A stretch of 64,000 nt of DNA. Source: Bacteroidales bacterium (GTDB lineage: Bacteria; Bacteroidota; Bacteroidia; Bacteroidales; UBA3663). The stretch lies in assembly GCA_045628985.1 (NCBI GenBank), contig JAZQQH010000042.1, forward strand, positions 14,796-78,795, given 5' to 3'. Made by a program: the position numbers and the translations under genes. This document shows positions 18,619 to 29,801 of the stretch, piece after piece; position 1 is the first letter of the stretch, and every line of letters starts with the position of its first letter. The notes beneath the pieces were generated by a model. The model did no database searches. It was given only the letters and a program-made list of their open reading frames with translations, and was not told the origin of the DNA.

Positions 18619-18626
18619 TATCTTTG
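18619..18626 (+). promoter_or_regulatory. -7 box for the xylan PUL operon
   Basis: TATCTTTG 264 nt upstream of the first SusC ATG, giving a long leader. Confidence 0.5.
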
Positions 18627-18889
18627 CCGCGTTGTTTAATAATAACACGCATACCAAGTATATTCTTGTTGCCAGATTCACATTACCTATTTACAATATT
18701 TTCTTATTTGATGATAATGACAAACTGTTGTCCATTATCCGTTGAGCAACCGTCGGATTTCTATAGTTCCGAATTGGGAATTATACAGATCCGACGGTCT
18801 GCGAAAACGAAAATCAAAAAAGAGGAAATTCGATAGCAGAGATTTAGTGAAAAACAAACAACTATTATCTATTATAAAACTAATTCACA

Positions 18890-21800
18890 ATGAAAAAAAC
18901 AATGCAGAAAGGACAACGGCTCCTGGCTTTGTTGATTGCGGTTTGGTGTTTCTGCGCAACAGCGTGGGCACAGGACGCTTTCATCAAAGGTGTTGTAGTG
19001 GACTCTCAGGGTGAGAGTATCATTGGAGCAACGGTTGTACTCAAGTCGAATAAGACTGTGGGTACCACAACCGACCTTGATGGTAACTTCTCTTTGAAGG
19101 TGCCAAGTGCAAAATCTACCCTCGTGGTTTCTTACGTGGGTATGAAGACAGTGGAGGTCACTGGTAACGGTAAGACCCTCCGCATTGTTCTCGACGAAGA
19201 CAACGAGCAGTTGGAAGAAGTCGTAGTAGTAGGTTACGGCCAGCAGAAGAAGGCCTCAGTCGTCGGTGCTATTACCCAGGCTTCTGGTAAGACCCTCGAG
19301 CGTGCTGCAGGTATCACCAGTGTCGGTGCTGCTTTGACTGGTAACCTCCCTGGTGTTGTAACCATGACCTCTTCGGCAGTTCCTGGTGAGGAAGATCCTA
19401 AGATCGTGATCCGTGGTTCTTCTACATGGAATGACGCAGGTCCACTCGTACTTGTCGATGGTATCGAGCGTTCTATGAGTTCTGTCGAAATCGGTTCGGT
19501 TGAGAACATCTCAGTATTGAAGGATGCATCTGCTACTGCAGTTTACGGTGTACGTGGTGCTAACGGTGTAATTTTGATTACTACCAAGCGTGGTCAGGAG
19601 GGTCGTCCTCAGATCAACGTTCGCGCTAACGCCATCATGAAGGTTCCTTCAAAGCTCCCTGGAAAGGCTGATTCTTATGACGCTTACATGATGCGTAACA
19701 AGGCTGTTGAGCATGAGTTGAGCCTCAGCCCTGCATCTTGGGGTTACTACCGTCCAACCAGCTTCATCGAGAACTATCGCAATCAGGGCGATAAGCGTGA
19801 TGAGTTCGGTACCCTTTATTCAGAGCGTTATCCAAACGTTGACTGGCAGAAGGAGATCTTCAAGGATTTCTGTATGTCATACAATGCTGGCATCGATATC
19901 AGCGGTGGTACCAAGCATGTACGTTACTTCGCAGCTGTCGATTATGTAAATGAGGGTGACCTCTTTAAGGAGTTCGATAGCGGTCGTGGTTATACTCCTA
20001 AGTATGGTTATAACCGACTCAATGTCCGTTCAAACCTTGACTTCAAGATTACCAATACTACTACCTTCCGCGTAAGCCTCGCAGGTTCTGCTGGTATCGT
20101 GGAGAATACTTATGAGAATGCTAACCTCGATGAATGGCAGGTTTCACAGCAGTTTGCTGCTGCTTATCAGTTGGCTCCAGATGTATTCGCTCCTCGTATG
20201 GAGGATGGTAGCTATGGTTACTATACTTTGGTATCAAACGTTACCAACCCAGTACAGAAGTTTACCTTGGCTGGTACCAACAAGACTACCAATACCAACA
20301 TTACTACTGACTTCGTTTTGGAGCAGGACCTCAAGTTCATCACCCCAGGTTTGACCTTCCGTGGTAGTGTTTCTTGGGATAACCGCTTCCAGGAGAAGAA
20401 TCGTGGTATTAATGACCTTTATAATAATCCTGAGCGTACATATATTGATCCTGAGACAGGTAACCGCGCTTTGTATGAGGGTTATGATGCAAACCAGAAG
20501 TTCGACTTCTCAGAGGGTCGTCACTGGAGCATCAGCAACGGTTCTGTACAGGACTGGGCAACCACTCGTAACATGGACTACCGTATGCAGCTCAACTGGG
20601 CTCGTAAGTTCGGTAAGCATGACGTAACTGCCATGGGCGTATTCAACCGTCAGGAGTATGTACAGGGTTCTAACCCTACCTCTTATCGTGAGAGCTGGGC
20701 ATTCCGTGCAACTTACAACTACGCAGATCGTTATAATGTGGACTATAACGGTGCTTACAACGGTTCTGAGAAGTTCTCAAGCAAGTATCGTTTCGGTTTC
20801 TTCCAGTCAGGTGCTGTAGGTTGGACTATCACCAACGAGCCATTCATGAAGCCTGTTAAGGATTATCGTGTTGGCGATATGCATTTGCTCGATATGATCA
20901 AGTTCCGCTACTCTTATGGTGAGATCGGTGACGACTACGGTAGCCCACGTTGGGCCTTCCAGAACCAGTGGTCATACGGTGGTTCATCTAAGTTGGATGT
21001 AAACCAGGGTTCTTCTCCATATACATGGTATAAGGAGGGTACTATCGGTAACCCAGACATTCACTGGGAGGTTGTTCGTAAGTCAAACTTCGGTATTGAC
21101 TACTCTTTCCTCGATGGCATGGTCGCAGGTTCTGTTGATATCTTCCAGGATAAGCGTTCTGATGTCCTCGTAGGTGGTGGCAGCCGTGCACTTCCTAGCT
21201 ATTATGGTACTTCTGCTCCAACCGCTAACATCGGTAAGGTTAACTCTAATGGTTATGAGATCGAGCTTCGTCTGAACAAGACCTTCAAGGCTGGTCACCG
21301 AGTTTGGGCTAACATGAGCATGACTCATGCAGAGAATAAGGTCATCGTATCTGATGATAAGGAGTTGCTCCCAGGTTACCGCAAGGCTGTAAACTATGCA
21401 ATCGGCCAGCCACGCTATGCTGTTAATGGTGGCTTCATCAATACTGTCGATGATCTCTATGGTTCACCAAAGCATGATTCTGCTGATGGCCAGAAGCTCG
21501 TAGGTGACTACTACATCGTTGACTTCAACGGTGATGGTGTAATCGACGTGAATGATAACGCACCTTATGGTTATACCGGTACTCCTGAGAATACTTACAA
21601 CGCAACTATCGGTTATGCATATAAGGGCTTCAGCTGCTTCGTACAGTTCTATGGCGTAACTAATGTAAACCGTAGTGTAAACCTCACCTCATTCGCATAC
21701 GAGGGTGGTGTACTTAACACTGTATTCGATCAGGGTTCATGGTGGAGTGAGAAGGGAGCAGATGCCGACGTCGTTACCCCACGTCTTGTTACTTCTCCAA

Positions 21801-22048
21801 GCTACTTCTATAGCACTCAGATGAACTATGATGGTTCATACGTTCGTTTGAAGAATATTGAGGTTGCTTATGAGTGGAATAAGGGTTGGGTGAAGAAGCT
21901 CGGTTTGAATAACCTTCGTCTCTTCCTCAGTGCCAACAACCTTTGGATGTACACCAACATGCCAGATGACCGTGAGGCCAATGGCGCACAGGTTGCTGCA
22001 TATCCTACCGTTAAGCGTTTCAACCTCGGTCTTAAGTTCTCGCTCTAA
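18890..22048 (+). CDS. SusC-like TonB-dependent transporter (XusA-like)
   Basis: 1052 aa with a signal peptide. CarboxypepD_reg-like N-domain (...IKGVVVDSQGESIIGATVVLK...). Plug (...ISVLKDASATAVYGVRGANGVILITTKRG...). C-terminus ...FNLGLKFSL. Confidence 0.93.
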   Translation: MKKTMQKGQRLLALLIAVWCFCATAWAQDAFIKGVVVDSQGESIIGATVVLKSNKTVGTTTDLDGNFSLKVPSAKSTLVVSYVGMKTVEVTGNGKTLRIVLDEDNEQLEEVVVVGYGQQKKASVVGAITQASGKTLERAAGITSVGAALTGNLPGVVTMTSSAVPGEEDPKIVIRGSSTWNDAGPLVLVDGIERSMSSVEIGSVENISVLKDASATAVYGVRGANGVILITTKRGQEGRPQINVRANAIMKVPSKLPGKADSYDAYMMRNKAVEHELSLSPASWGYYRPTSFIENYRNQGDKRDEFGTLYSERYPNVDWQKEIFKDFCMSYNAGIDISGGTKHVRYFAAVDYVNEGDLFKEFDSGRGYTPKYGYNRLNVRSNLDFKITNTTTFRVSLAGSAGIVENTYENANLDEWQVSQQFAAAYQLAPDVFAPRMEDGSYGYYTLVSNVTNPVQKFTLAGTNKTTNTNITTDFVLEQDLKFITPGLTFRGSVSWDNRFQEKNRGINDLYNNPERTYIDPETGNRALYEGYDANQKFDFSEGRHWSISNGSVQDWATTRNMDYRMQLNWARKFGKHDVTAMGVFNRQEYVQGSNPTSYRESWAFRATYNYADRYNVDYNGAYNGSEKFSSKYRFGFFQSGAVGWTITNEPFMKPVKDYRVGDMHLLDMIKFRYSYGEIGDDYGSPRWAFQNQWSYGGSSKLDVNQGSSPYTWYKEGTIGNPDIHWEVVRKSNFGIDYSFLDGMVAGSVDIFQDKRSDVLVGGGSRALPSYYGTSAPTANIGKVNSNGYEIELRLNKTFKAGHRVWANMSMTHAENKVIVSDDKELLPGYRKAVNYAIGQPRYAVNGGFINTVDDLYGSPKHDSADGQKLVGDYYIVDFNGDGVIDVNDNAPYGYTGTPENTYNATIGYAYKGFSCFVQFYGVTNVNRSVNLTSFAYEGGVLNTVFDQGSWWSEKGADADVVTPRLVTSPSYFYSTQMNYDGSYVRLKNIEVAYEWNKGWVKKLGLNNLRLFLSANNLWMYTNMPDDREANGAQVAAYPTVKRFNLGLKFSL

Positions 22049-22099
22049 GCTAACGAAAACGATAACGAAAACGATAACTTAGAAAGTAACTAAAAAAAT

Positions 22100-24085
22100 A
22101 TGAAACACATTATATATAATATAGCAGGTCTTTCACTCAGCGCTGTCTTGGCTTTGAGCGCAACCTCCTGCAACGATTATCTCGACCGCGACCCATCTCT
22201 CGATGTGTCAGAGACCGTCGCTTTCGAGAACTTCAAGAACTTCCAGGGTTTCGTCGAGGAGATGTACGCTTGTATCCCTGAGAAGGAGAGTTGCTTCTGG
22301 TGTACTACTTTCAACTGGGGCGACGACGAGATTATGAACGATGGTGCGGGTAACAGCCACCTCACTCACCACATGGATATTGGTGACTATCGTCACTGGA
22401 TGAATGATGGACAGAACTACCTCGGAGGTGCAAATGTAAACCCTGGCGGTGGTAAGTTCGATCATCGTATCTATGATCACTCATGGTATTGCATCCGTAA
22501 GTGTAACTTGGGTTTACAGGCTATTGAGAATGGTTTGTTTACCGGCACTAAGGAGCAGCAGAACATCCTTTTGGGTCAGCTTTACTTCTTCCGTGCTTGG
22601 TGGCACCATGAGGTAATGATGTACTTTGGCGGCCTTCCTTACATTGACAAGGTATTCGATAGCAATGAGGTAATGGATCTTCCACGTCTTACTTATCAGG
22701 AGTGTGCACGTCGTGTAGCTGACGACTTCAAGAAGGCTGCAGATTTGCTTCCTGCTAACTGGGATGAGTGTGGTCCTGGTCGTGAGACTACTGGTAAGAA
22801 CCAGATTCGTGTAACCCGTACTGCAGCTCTTGGCTATGCTGGTAAGTGTCTTCTCTGGGCTTCTTCTCCTTTGATGGAGAATCATGATCAGGGTGTGATG
22901 GTTGCTGGTGATCTGACTTACAAGTACAACCAGTCACTTGCCAATGAGGCTGCTACCATCCTCGGTACTGCTCTTACTGAGATCGAGAATGGCAAGACTC
23001 CTTACGGTCTTTGCGAGTTCAACTATGAGGATGTTTACAACCATATTAAGACCAAGGGCGTAGCTAACAGCTTCACCGATATCTTCTATACCACAGGTCA
23101 GGGTTGGAAGCAGGCTGGTTCTATCGAGGCTATCTTCCGTGGCCCACAGCCAGATATCAACGGTACTCCTTGGAACTTTGCTAAGCTTTGGGGTTCAAAG
23201 GTCGATGGTTTCGTAGAGCATGATAAGATCATCCACATCCCTACCGCAAACTATATCAACTATGCATACGGTATGGCTAATGGTCTTCCTATCACTGATC
23301 CAGAGTCAGGCTTCGATCCAACTCATCCTTTCCGTGATCGTGACCCACGTTTCTATCATGATATCGTATTCGATGGCATGCGTGTTGCTACCGTTGATAT
23401 TGCTGAAAATGTTCCAGAGCGTTCACAGCAGTATGCTGACTTCCAGACTGGTTCATTGTTGCGTGACGTTGAGTTGGGTAGCCGTACTGGTTATTTCTGC
23501 CAGAAGCTCAATTCTAAGTCAAACAACAAGTATGACAAGATGTATGACTGGAACGGCTCTCTTGAGGCATATCTCCCATACATGCGTGTTGCAGATCTTT
23601 ACCTTATGTATGCTGAGGCTGTTGTAGCTGCTAAGCAGGGTGATGGTGCTATTAACTTTAGCCGCACTGCCGTTGACGCTCTTAACGTACTTCGTGATCG
23701 TGTAGGTGCTGGCCATGTAGCAGATAAGTTTATTGGCGACTACCACAAGTTGATGGACGAGCTTCGTCGTGATCGTGCTTGTGAGCTTGCTTACGAAGGC
23801 TTCCGTTGGAATGACCTCCAGCGCTGGATTCTCCTTACTGACCCACGTTATAACAAGAAGACCTCTCAGGAGTTCACTCGTGCTATGGCTAATGGCAAGA
23901 ATGCTAATGGCTATGTCATTGAGAACGAGTGGTATCGTGAGAACGATCCTCGTGATGGTGAGGTTAAGGGTTGGAGTGAGAAGCAGATTCTCGAACGTCA
24001 GCTCGGTACCAAGCACTATTGGTTCCCATTGCCTGATAAGGATGTATATCTTTATGAAGGCTTCTATCAGAACCCAGGTTGGTAA
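22100..24085 (+). CDS. SusD/RagB-like glycan-binding lipoprotein (XusB-like)
   Basis: 661 aa. Lipobox ...LSATSC. ...FRAWWHHEVMMYFGGLPY... and ...RDRACELAYEGFRWNDLQRW... are SusD hallmarks. Confidence 0.9.
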   Translation: MKHIIYNIAGLSLSAVLALSATSCNDYLDRDPSLDVSETVAFENFKNFQGFVEEMYACIPEKESCFWCTTFNWGDDEIMNDGAGNSHLTHHMDIGDYRHWMNDGQNYLGGANVNPGGGKFDHRIYDHSWYCIRKCNLGLQAIENGLFTGTKEQQNILLGQLYFFRAWWHHEVMMYFGGLPYIDKVFDSNEVMDLPRLTYQECARRVADDFKKAADLLPANWDECGPGRETTGKNQIRVTRTAALGYAGKCLLWASSPLMENHDQGVMVAGDLTYKYNQSLANEAATILGTALTEIENGKTPYGLCEFNYEDVYNHIKTKGVANSFTDIFYTTGQGWKQAGSIEAIFRGPQPDINGTPWNFAKLWGSKVDGFVEHDKIIHIPTANYINYAYGMANGLPITDPESGFDPTHPFRDRDPRFYHDIVFDGMRVATVDIAENVPERSQQYADFQTGSLLRDVELGSRTGYFCQKLNSKSNNKYDKMYDWNGSLEAYLPYMRVADLYLMYAEAVVAAKQGDGAINFSRTAVDALNVLRDRVGAGHVADKFIGDYHKLMDELRRDRACELAYEGFRWNDLQRWILLTDPRYNKKTSQEFTRAMANGKNANGYVIENEWYRENDPRDGEVKGWSEKQILERQLGTKHYWFPLPDKDVYLYEGFYQNPGW

Positions 24086-24111
24086 TCATAACTCATAACT
24101 AATTCAAAACA

Positions 24112-26952
24112 ATGAATACACAATATATCAAATATATGCTGCTTCCTGCAGCTCTCATCTCTACTATGGCTGTTGCCCAGGAGGAAGAGGTGAAGAGTGA
24201 GCAGATCAATGTAGCATTCCGCAAGGTAGCTGCTGAGGATGTGTTGGGTGGTATTTCTTCTATCAATTATGAAGAGATTGCTGCTAAAAACAATGAAGTC
24301 AACAGCCTCTCAAACATGCAGGGTTATACCAGCGGTTTTAATGGAGCCTCTCTTTGGGGTATGTCCGATTATCTGGTACTCATCGATGGCGTACCTCGTG
24401 ATGCTGGTAGTGTAAAGCCTGAGGAAATTGCAGAAGTTACTTTCTTGAAGGGCGCAAATGCCGTTCTTCTTTATGGTAGCCGTGCTGCTAATGGCGCTAT
24501 CCTTATCACTACCAAGCGTGGTGTGCAGGGTGATATCGAGATCAAGGTCAATGCAAATACCGGTTGGCACACTATCAAGGCTTTGCCTAAGTACCTCGGT
24601 TCTGCAGAGTATATGACTCTTTATAACACTGTAAGCCCAGGTTTCTATAGCGATGAGTCAATCTATGCTGCTTATGCAGGCAATATGCCTTGGGTTCAGT
24701 ATGGTGTAAATAATGATTTCTTCAGCAAGGACTTCATCAAGAAGGCTTACAACCGTTGGGAGGTAAACACCGAGTTGAAGGGTGGTGGCGAGCGTGCTCG
24801 TTACTATGGTAACATTGGTTACAACCGCAATGCTTCTGATGGTGGCAGCGAGTTCGTTAACTTCGGTAATGGTAAGAACAATTACAATGACCGCCTCAAC
24901 GTTCGCGGTAATGTAGATATGACCGTTGCTGATTGGGTAACTGCATTCGTTGATGCTAACGCAACCTTCTATACAGGTCGTAGTACTCGTGGTACCAACT
25001 TCTGGACAGGTTCAGCTGCTATGCGCCCTAACCAGTTCCAGCTCTTCATCGATCCTTCACAGGTAAGTGAGTTCGCAAGCGGTGCTCAGGATGTACTGAA
25101 GAATGCACAACTCGTTAATGGTATGCTTCTGGGTGGTAAGGTTAACACCAACGAGACCAACTTCGTAGCTGACATCTATCGTAAGGGTATCAACCACTAC
25201 TATAGCCGTAACTTCCAGTTCACAGCTGGTGTCAACCTTGATTTGGAGCGTGTTACCAAGGGCCTTTCGTTCAAGACTATGGTCGGTGTTGACTACGCTA
25301 CTATCTATCAGGTTTGGATGGATGATGATTATTCAACCTATGCAGCAGAGTGGTCAAGCTTCAATGGTAAGCCAGAGATTACTGGTTTGAACAAGTTCCT
25401 TGAGGATAAGCACAGTGGTACTCAGAGCGTAGGTAGCTCAAGCTATACTCAGACCATTGCATTCAACGCTCATTTTGATTATGACCGTTCATTCGGCGAC
25501 CACAATGTCAGCGCTATGGCTCTTGCTAATGGTTTCCAGCAGACCAAGTCTGGTGTTTACCATGCAACCAGCAATGCTAACCTCGGCTTGAATGTCGATT
25601 ACAACTTTGCACATAAGTACTATGCACAGCTTGGTGCTGCTGTGGTTCACACTGCTAAGTTGGCAGAGGGTCATCGCAATGCACTCAACTATTCTGTAAC
25701 TGCTGGTTACAATATTGCTAAGGAGTCATTCATGGAGGGTGGTATCTTCGATGATTTGACCATCAGCGCAAGCCATAGCCGCATCAATCAGGATATTGAT
25801 CTCTACATCGGTTCTGGTGATAGCCGCCGTGAGTACTATCTTTATGCAGGTAACTTCAACCAGGCCGATGGCGCTTGGTGGGATTGGGGTGGAGCCGATG
25901 GCCGTGAGTCAACTCAGTCACGCCGTGGTCAGAACCATGCTCTCGACTTCGTAAAGCGCATTGAGTATAGTGCAAGCATCCGTGCTTCTCTCCTTCAGAA
26001 GAGCTTGAAGCTCAACGCTTCATTCTTCCATAACTCAATTGAGGGCAAGCCTATCGAGCCAACCAGCTTGATGCCAAGCTATTTCCAGATCGGTTATCCT
26101 AACACCTCATTCAACCCAGTTATCAACTTTAACAATGACAAGCGTTATGGTTTTGAGATTGGTGTTAACTACGATAAGAAGTTCGGTGAGGTAGAGCTCG
26201 GTCTTGGTGCAAACCTTACTTGGTACGATACTGAGGCTACTCGCCGTGAGGATACCACTTATGGTGATGATACCTATCGTTATCGTCAGGGCAAGCGTCT
26301 TGATACTATCTGGGGTCTTGAGTGCCTCGGCTTCATCACCAGCGAGGAAGAGGCTGCTGCTTATGGCGCTACTTCTTCATTCGGTACTGTTCGTGAGGGT
26401 GATCTTAAGTATAAGGATCAGAACAACGATGGTGTCATCGATGCTAAGGATGAAAAGGATCTTGGCCGTGCTGGTTGGTATGGCGCTCCTCTTACCCTTG
26501 GTGTAAATCTCACTGCTAAGTATAAGAACTTCACCTTGTTCGTACTTGGTGTAGGTGGCTGGGGTGGCCATGGCAGCAAGATGGATAGCAAGTTCGGCAC
26601 CTACTTCAAGTTCGCAGGCGATAACAAGTATAGTATCTATGCTCGTGATACTTACGGTGTATCTTCTCACCCAATTTACCCACGTATTTCTAAGGACGCT
26701 GGTGATAACAACTATCGTGCTTCTGATTTCTGGCTTTACAAGACCGATCGTTTTGACATTGCCAAGATTCAGTTGACTTATGACTGTCCAAGCTCTTGGT
26801 TCCAGAGCCAGCGCGTCGTATCTGGTGTTTCACTCTTCGTTAATGCAAACAATGTATTCACCTTTGCACCAGAGAAGGAGCTTCTTGAGTTGAACGTTGG
26901 TTCTTCTCCTACAGAGCGTTTCTTCCAGGGTGGCGTGAGTGTAACATTCTAA
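24112..26952 (+). CDS. Second SusC-like TonB-dependent transporter (XusC-like)
   Basis: 946 aa. Plug ...VTFLKGANAVLLYGSRAANGAILITTKRG.... It lacks the N-terminal CarboxypepD_reg domain of the first copy. Confidence 0.9.
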   Translation: MNTQYIKYMLLPAALISTMAVAQEEEVKSEQINVAFRKVAAEDVLGGISSINYEEIAAKNNEVNSLSNMQGYTSGFNGASLWGMSDYLVLIDGVPRDAGSVKPEEIAEVTFLKGANAVLLYGSRAANGAILITTKRGVQGDIEIKVNANTGWHTIKALPKYLGSAEYMTLYNTVSPGFYSDESIYAAYAGNMPWVQYGVNNDFFSKDFIKKAYNRWEVNTELKGGGERARYYGNIGYNRNASDGGSEFVNFGNGKNNYNDRLNVRGNVDMTVADWVTAFVDANATFYTGRSTRGTNFWTGSAAMRPNQFQLFIDPSQVSEFASGAQDVLKNAQLVNGMLLGGKVNTNETNFVADIYRKGINHYYSRNFQFTAGVNLDLERVTKGLSFKTMVGVDYATIYQVWMDDDYSTYAAEWSSFNGKPEITGLNKFLEDKHSGTQSVGSSSYTQTIAFNAHFDYDRSFGDHNVSAMALANGFQQTKSGVYHATSNANLGLNVDYNFAHKYYAQLGAAVVHTAKLAEGHRNALNYSVTAGYNIAKESFMEGGIFDDLTISASHSRINQDIDLYIGSGDSRREYYLYAGNFNQADGAWWDWGGADGRESTQSRRGQNHALDFVKRIEYSASIRASLLQKSLKLNASFFHNSIEGKPIEPTSLMPSYFQIGYPNTSFNPVINFNNDKRYGFEIGVNYDKKFGEVELGLGANLTWYDTEATRREDTTYGDDTYRYRQGKRLDTIWGLECLGFITSEEEAAAYGATSSFGTVREGDLKYKDQNNDGVIDAKDEKDLGRAGWYGAPLTLGVNLTAKYKNFTLFVLGVGGWGGHGSKMDSKFGTYFKFAGDNKYSIYARDTYGVSSHPIYPRISKDAGDNNYRASDFWLYKTDRFDIAKIQLTYDCPSSWFQSQRVVSGVSLFVNANNVFTFAPEKELLELNVGSSPTERFFQGGVSVTF

Positions 26953-26972
26953 GTTAAAAAGTAAATAACGTT

Positions 26973-28742
26973 TTGACTAAAATGAAAACATATAAATATA
27001 TTCTGCCTATCCTCTGCGCTGGTGCTGTAATGTCTTCGTGTGACGACCTTTTCGAGCCAGCTAATGAGATGATCAGCGATATTGAGGTGATGTACAATGA
27101 CCCTCAGTTTGCTGCCGGCATGCTGGGTAATGCATATATCCTGATGCCATATGATGGCACCCCACACAGCGACCTGGCAACTGACGATGCTGTATCTAAC
27201 GAGAACAGTAACACTTACACTTTGATGGCTCAGGGTGCATGGAGTTCTTTCAACAACCCATTGCAGCAGTGGCAGTCACGTAACAATGCCATTAACTACT
27301 GTAACATCATTCTTGAGAATGCAGATAAAGTAAAGTGGTCAGGTATTGAATCAGTTAATGCCATGTTCACCGATCTCTTTACCGGTGATGCTCTTGGTAT
27401 GCGTGCCATCCAGCGCTTCTACCTTCTCCGCGGTCACGCAGGCAAGGTAAATGGCGAGTTGATGGGTGTTCCTATGTTCGATGAGTATCAGACCGGTGCT
27501 TCTGATCTGAACCTTGCTCGCCTTCCTTTTAACGAGTGTATCGATCGTATTCTTGCAGATATCGATGCTGCTATGGCGCTTCTTCCAGAGGAGTATATTA
27601 GCATCACTAATGCAAGTCAGATTCCTGCTAAGTATCAGGCTATCGGTGCTGACATGAGTGGTTACAACCGAGCTTTCGGTGATCACCATCATGGTAAGGT
27701 CTGTGGCCAGATCCTTAAGGCTGTTAAGGCTCAGGTTCTGCTTTTCGCTGCTAGTCCTGCATTCAGTGCTGTTTCTTGGGATCAGGCTGCTCAGGCTGCT
27801 GCTGCTGTTATTGGTAACAAGCAGGTTGTAGCTAAGGGTAACACCTGGTATAAGAATGTTGATGAGATTGAAGATGTAAAGCGTACTCAGAATACTCCTG
27901 AGGCTATCTGGATGACCAATCCTGGTAATAGCAACACCCTTGAGGGAGATAACTATCCACCTTCAATCTATGGTAAGGGTCGTACTAATCCTACTCAGAA
28001 CCTCGTTGATGCTTTCCCAATGGCCAATGGTCTTCCTATCAGCGATCCAAATTCTGGTTACGATGCTCAGAATCCATATAACAACCGTGACCCTCGTCTC
28101 TATGACTACATCGTGGTTAATGGTTCTACCATGGGCGTTAAGGATACTGAGATCCTGACCGGAGATGATGATCCTGAGAACAATGATAACATCAACCGCT
28201 TGCCACAGTACTCAACCCGTACTGGTTACTACATGCGTAAGCTCCTCCGTGAGGATGTTAACATGGACCCAAGCACCACCACACAGCAGAAGCACTATAC
28301 AGCTCGTATCCGCTGGACAGAGCTCTTCCTTGCTTACGCTGAGGCTGCTAACGAGGCTTATGGTCCTACTGGCACCGCTCCTGGTACCACTCAGACTCCT
28401 AAGTCTATCATTAAGGCTATCCGTGAGCGTGCTGGTATCTGCGTAGGTACTACTGATAAGTACCTTGATGAGTGTGCTGGTAGCAAGGAGAAGATGCGTG
28501 AGTTGATCCGCAACGAGCGTCGTCTTGAGCTCTGCTTCGAGAACCAGCGTTTCTACGACCTCCGTCGTTGGAACCTTGATCTCAATGAGACCACCAAGGG
28601 TATCACCAGTGCTAACAAGGCTAACTATAAGGTCATCGATGTCGATACTCGTCGTTACGAGCCATACATGATCTATGGCCCTATCCCTGATTCAGAGATC
28701 CAGAAGTTCAGCAACCTTCAGCAGAACGATGGCTGGAAATAA
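26973..28742 (+). CDS. Second SusD/RagB-like lipoprotein (XusD-like)
   Basis: 589 aa. Lipobox ...VMSSC. ...RNERRLELCFENQRFYDLRRWN.... Confidence 0.9.
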   Translation: MTKMKTYKYILPILCAGAVMSSCDDLFEPANEMISDIEVMYNDPQFAAGMLGNAYILMPYDGTPHSDLATDDAVSNENSNTYTLMAQGAWSSFNNPLQQWQSRNNAINYCNIILENADKVKWSGIESVNAMFTDLFTGDALGMRAIQRFYLLRGHAGKVNGELMGVPMFDEYQTGASDLNLARLPFNECIDRILADIDAAMALLPEEYISITNASQIPAKYQAIGADMSGYNRAFGDHHHGKVCGQILKAVKAQVLLFAASPAFSAVSWDQAAQAAAAVIGNKQVVAKGNTWYKNVDEIEDVKRTQNTPEAIWMTNPGNSNTLEGDNYPPSIYGKGRTNPTQNLVDAFPMANGLPISDPNSGYDAQNPYNNRDPRLYDYIVVNGSTMGVKDTEILTGDDDPENNDNINRLPQYSTRTGYYMRKLLREDVNMDPSTTTQQKHYTARIRWTELFLAYAEAANEAYGPTGTAPGTTQTPKSIIKAIRERAGICVGTTDKYLDECAGSKEKMRELIRNERRLELCFENQRFYDLRRWNLDLNETTKGITSANKANYKVIDVDTRRYEPYMIYGPIPDSEIQKFSNLQQNDGWK

Positions 28743-28835
28743 AATCTACTGTTAATGAGTTGTTTTGTTGTTGTGCTGTCACACGGCAACAAAACAACAA
28801 AACAACGAAACAACAAAACAATTAGATTAATAAAT

Positions 28836-29783
28836 ATGAAAAAAATCATTCTCCCAGTTCTCGCTCTGAGTGCAGTGGCTTTCACTGCTTGTGAGAACGC
28901 AGATAAGGTCTTCCCTGATTTTCAGGATGGCGTATCGGTGTACTTCGCTTATCAGTATCCCGTACGTACCATTGAATTGGGTGAGGATAATGAGATCAAC
29001 ACCGATCTTGACAACGCACACAAGTTCCAGATTGTGAGCGCTATGGGCGGTGCTTATAAGGGCAAGAACATCTCGGTACAGATCCAGGTTGATGAGTCTC
29101 TCTGCGATCATCTCTATTTCGCAGACGGTACTCCAGTTAAGCCAATGCCAAGCAGCTACTATAGCATTGCTACTACCAATCTTGATTACAACGGAACCTA
29201 CAATGGCCGTACTGACGTGCAGTTGACCGATGCATTCTTTGCCGATCCTGCTTCAATCACTACTACCTATGTTATTCCAGTAGTCATCACAGGCCAGACA
29301 GGTGCTCAGCGCATCCTTACCGGCACTAAGCTCGATGAAGGTTCTAATCCTTCACGCACCAACGCTGCTGCTTGGGACGTTAAGCCTATGGACTATGTGC
29401 TCTATTGCGTACGTTACGTAAATAAGTGGAATGGTACCTACCTCGTTAAGGAGGCTGGTAAGGAAATCGACAAGACCACTAAGACTGTTGCTGTTAAGAC
29501 TACAAGTCTCACCACTTGTACTTATACCAATGTTGATGGCAAGACTATGACTCTTTCTTTCAACGGTGACCAGTGCACTATTAGCGGCAATGGCGCAAGC
29601 GGCAATGGTGAGTTCAAGCAGAAGAGCGAGATTAAGGCTTGGGGTGAGAAGGATCGTGATGCACTTTACCTGAAGTACACTATCGACGGTAAGAGCTATG
29701 ACGAGACTCTCGTAGCACAGGTTCGCACCACCGAGGGCGACGCTTTCAACACCGTTGTTGAGTTCGCTCCTGAGTACAAATAA
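28836..29783 (+). CDS. Surface lipoprotein of the xylan PUL (XusE/SGBP-like hypothetical)
   Basis: Start set at MKKIILPVLALSAVAFTAC (lipobox). The position between the second SusD and the GH10 matches the conserved hypothetical gene of Prevotella/Bacteroides xylan loci. No motif-level identification. Confidence 0.6.
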   Translation: MKKIILPVLALSAVAFTACENADKVFPDFQDGVSVYFAYQYPVRTIELGEDNEINTDLDNAHKFQIVSAMGGAYKGKNISVQIQVDESLCDHLYFADGTPVKPMPSSYYSIATTNLDYNGTYNGRTDVQLTDAFFADPASITTTYVIPVVITGQTGAQRILTGTKLDEGSNPSRTNAAAWDVKPMDYVLYCVRYVNKWNGTYLVKEAGKEIDKTTKTVAVKTTSLTTCTYTNVDGKTMTLSFNGDQCTISGNGASGNGEFKQKSEIKAWGEKDRDALYLKYTIDGKSYDETLVAQVRTTEGDAFNTVVEFAPEYK

Positions 29784-29801
29784 TAATAATCTAAAAGTAT
29801 T

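Noticed and set aside
18484-19014. Several 65-90-aa ORFs in the AT-rich region upstream of susC.
   Set aside because: They are mutually overlapping on both strands. They have low-complexity, AT-driven composition (I/L/F/N/K-rich). They lie in the PUL leader or overlap the true SusC start.
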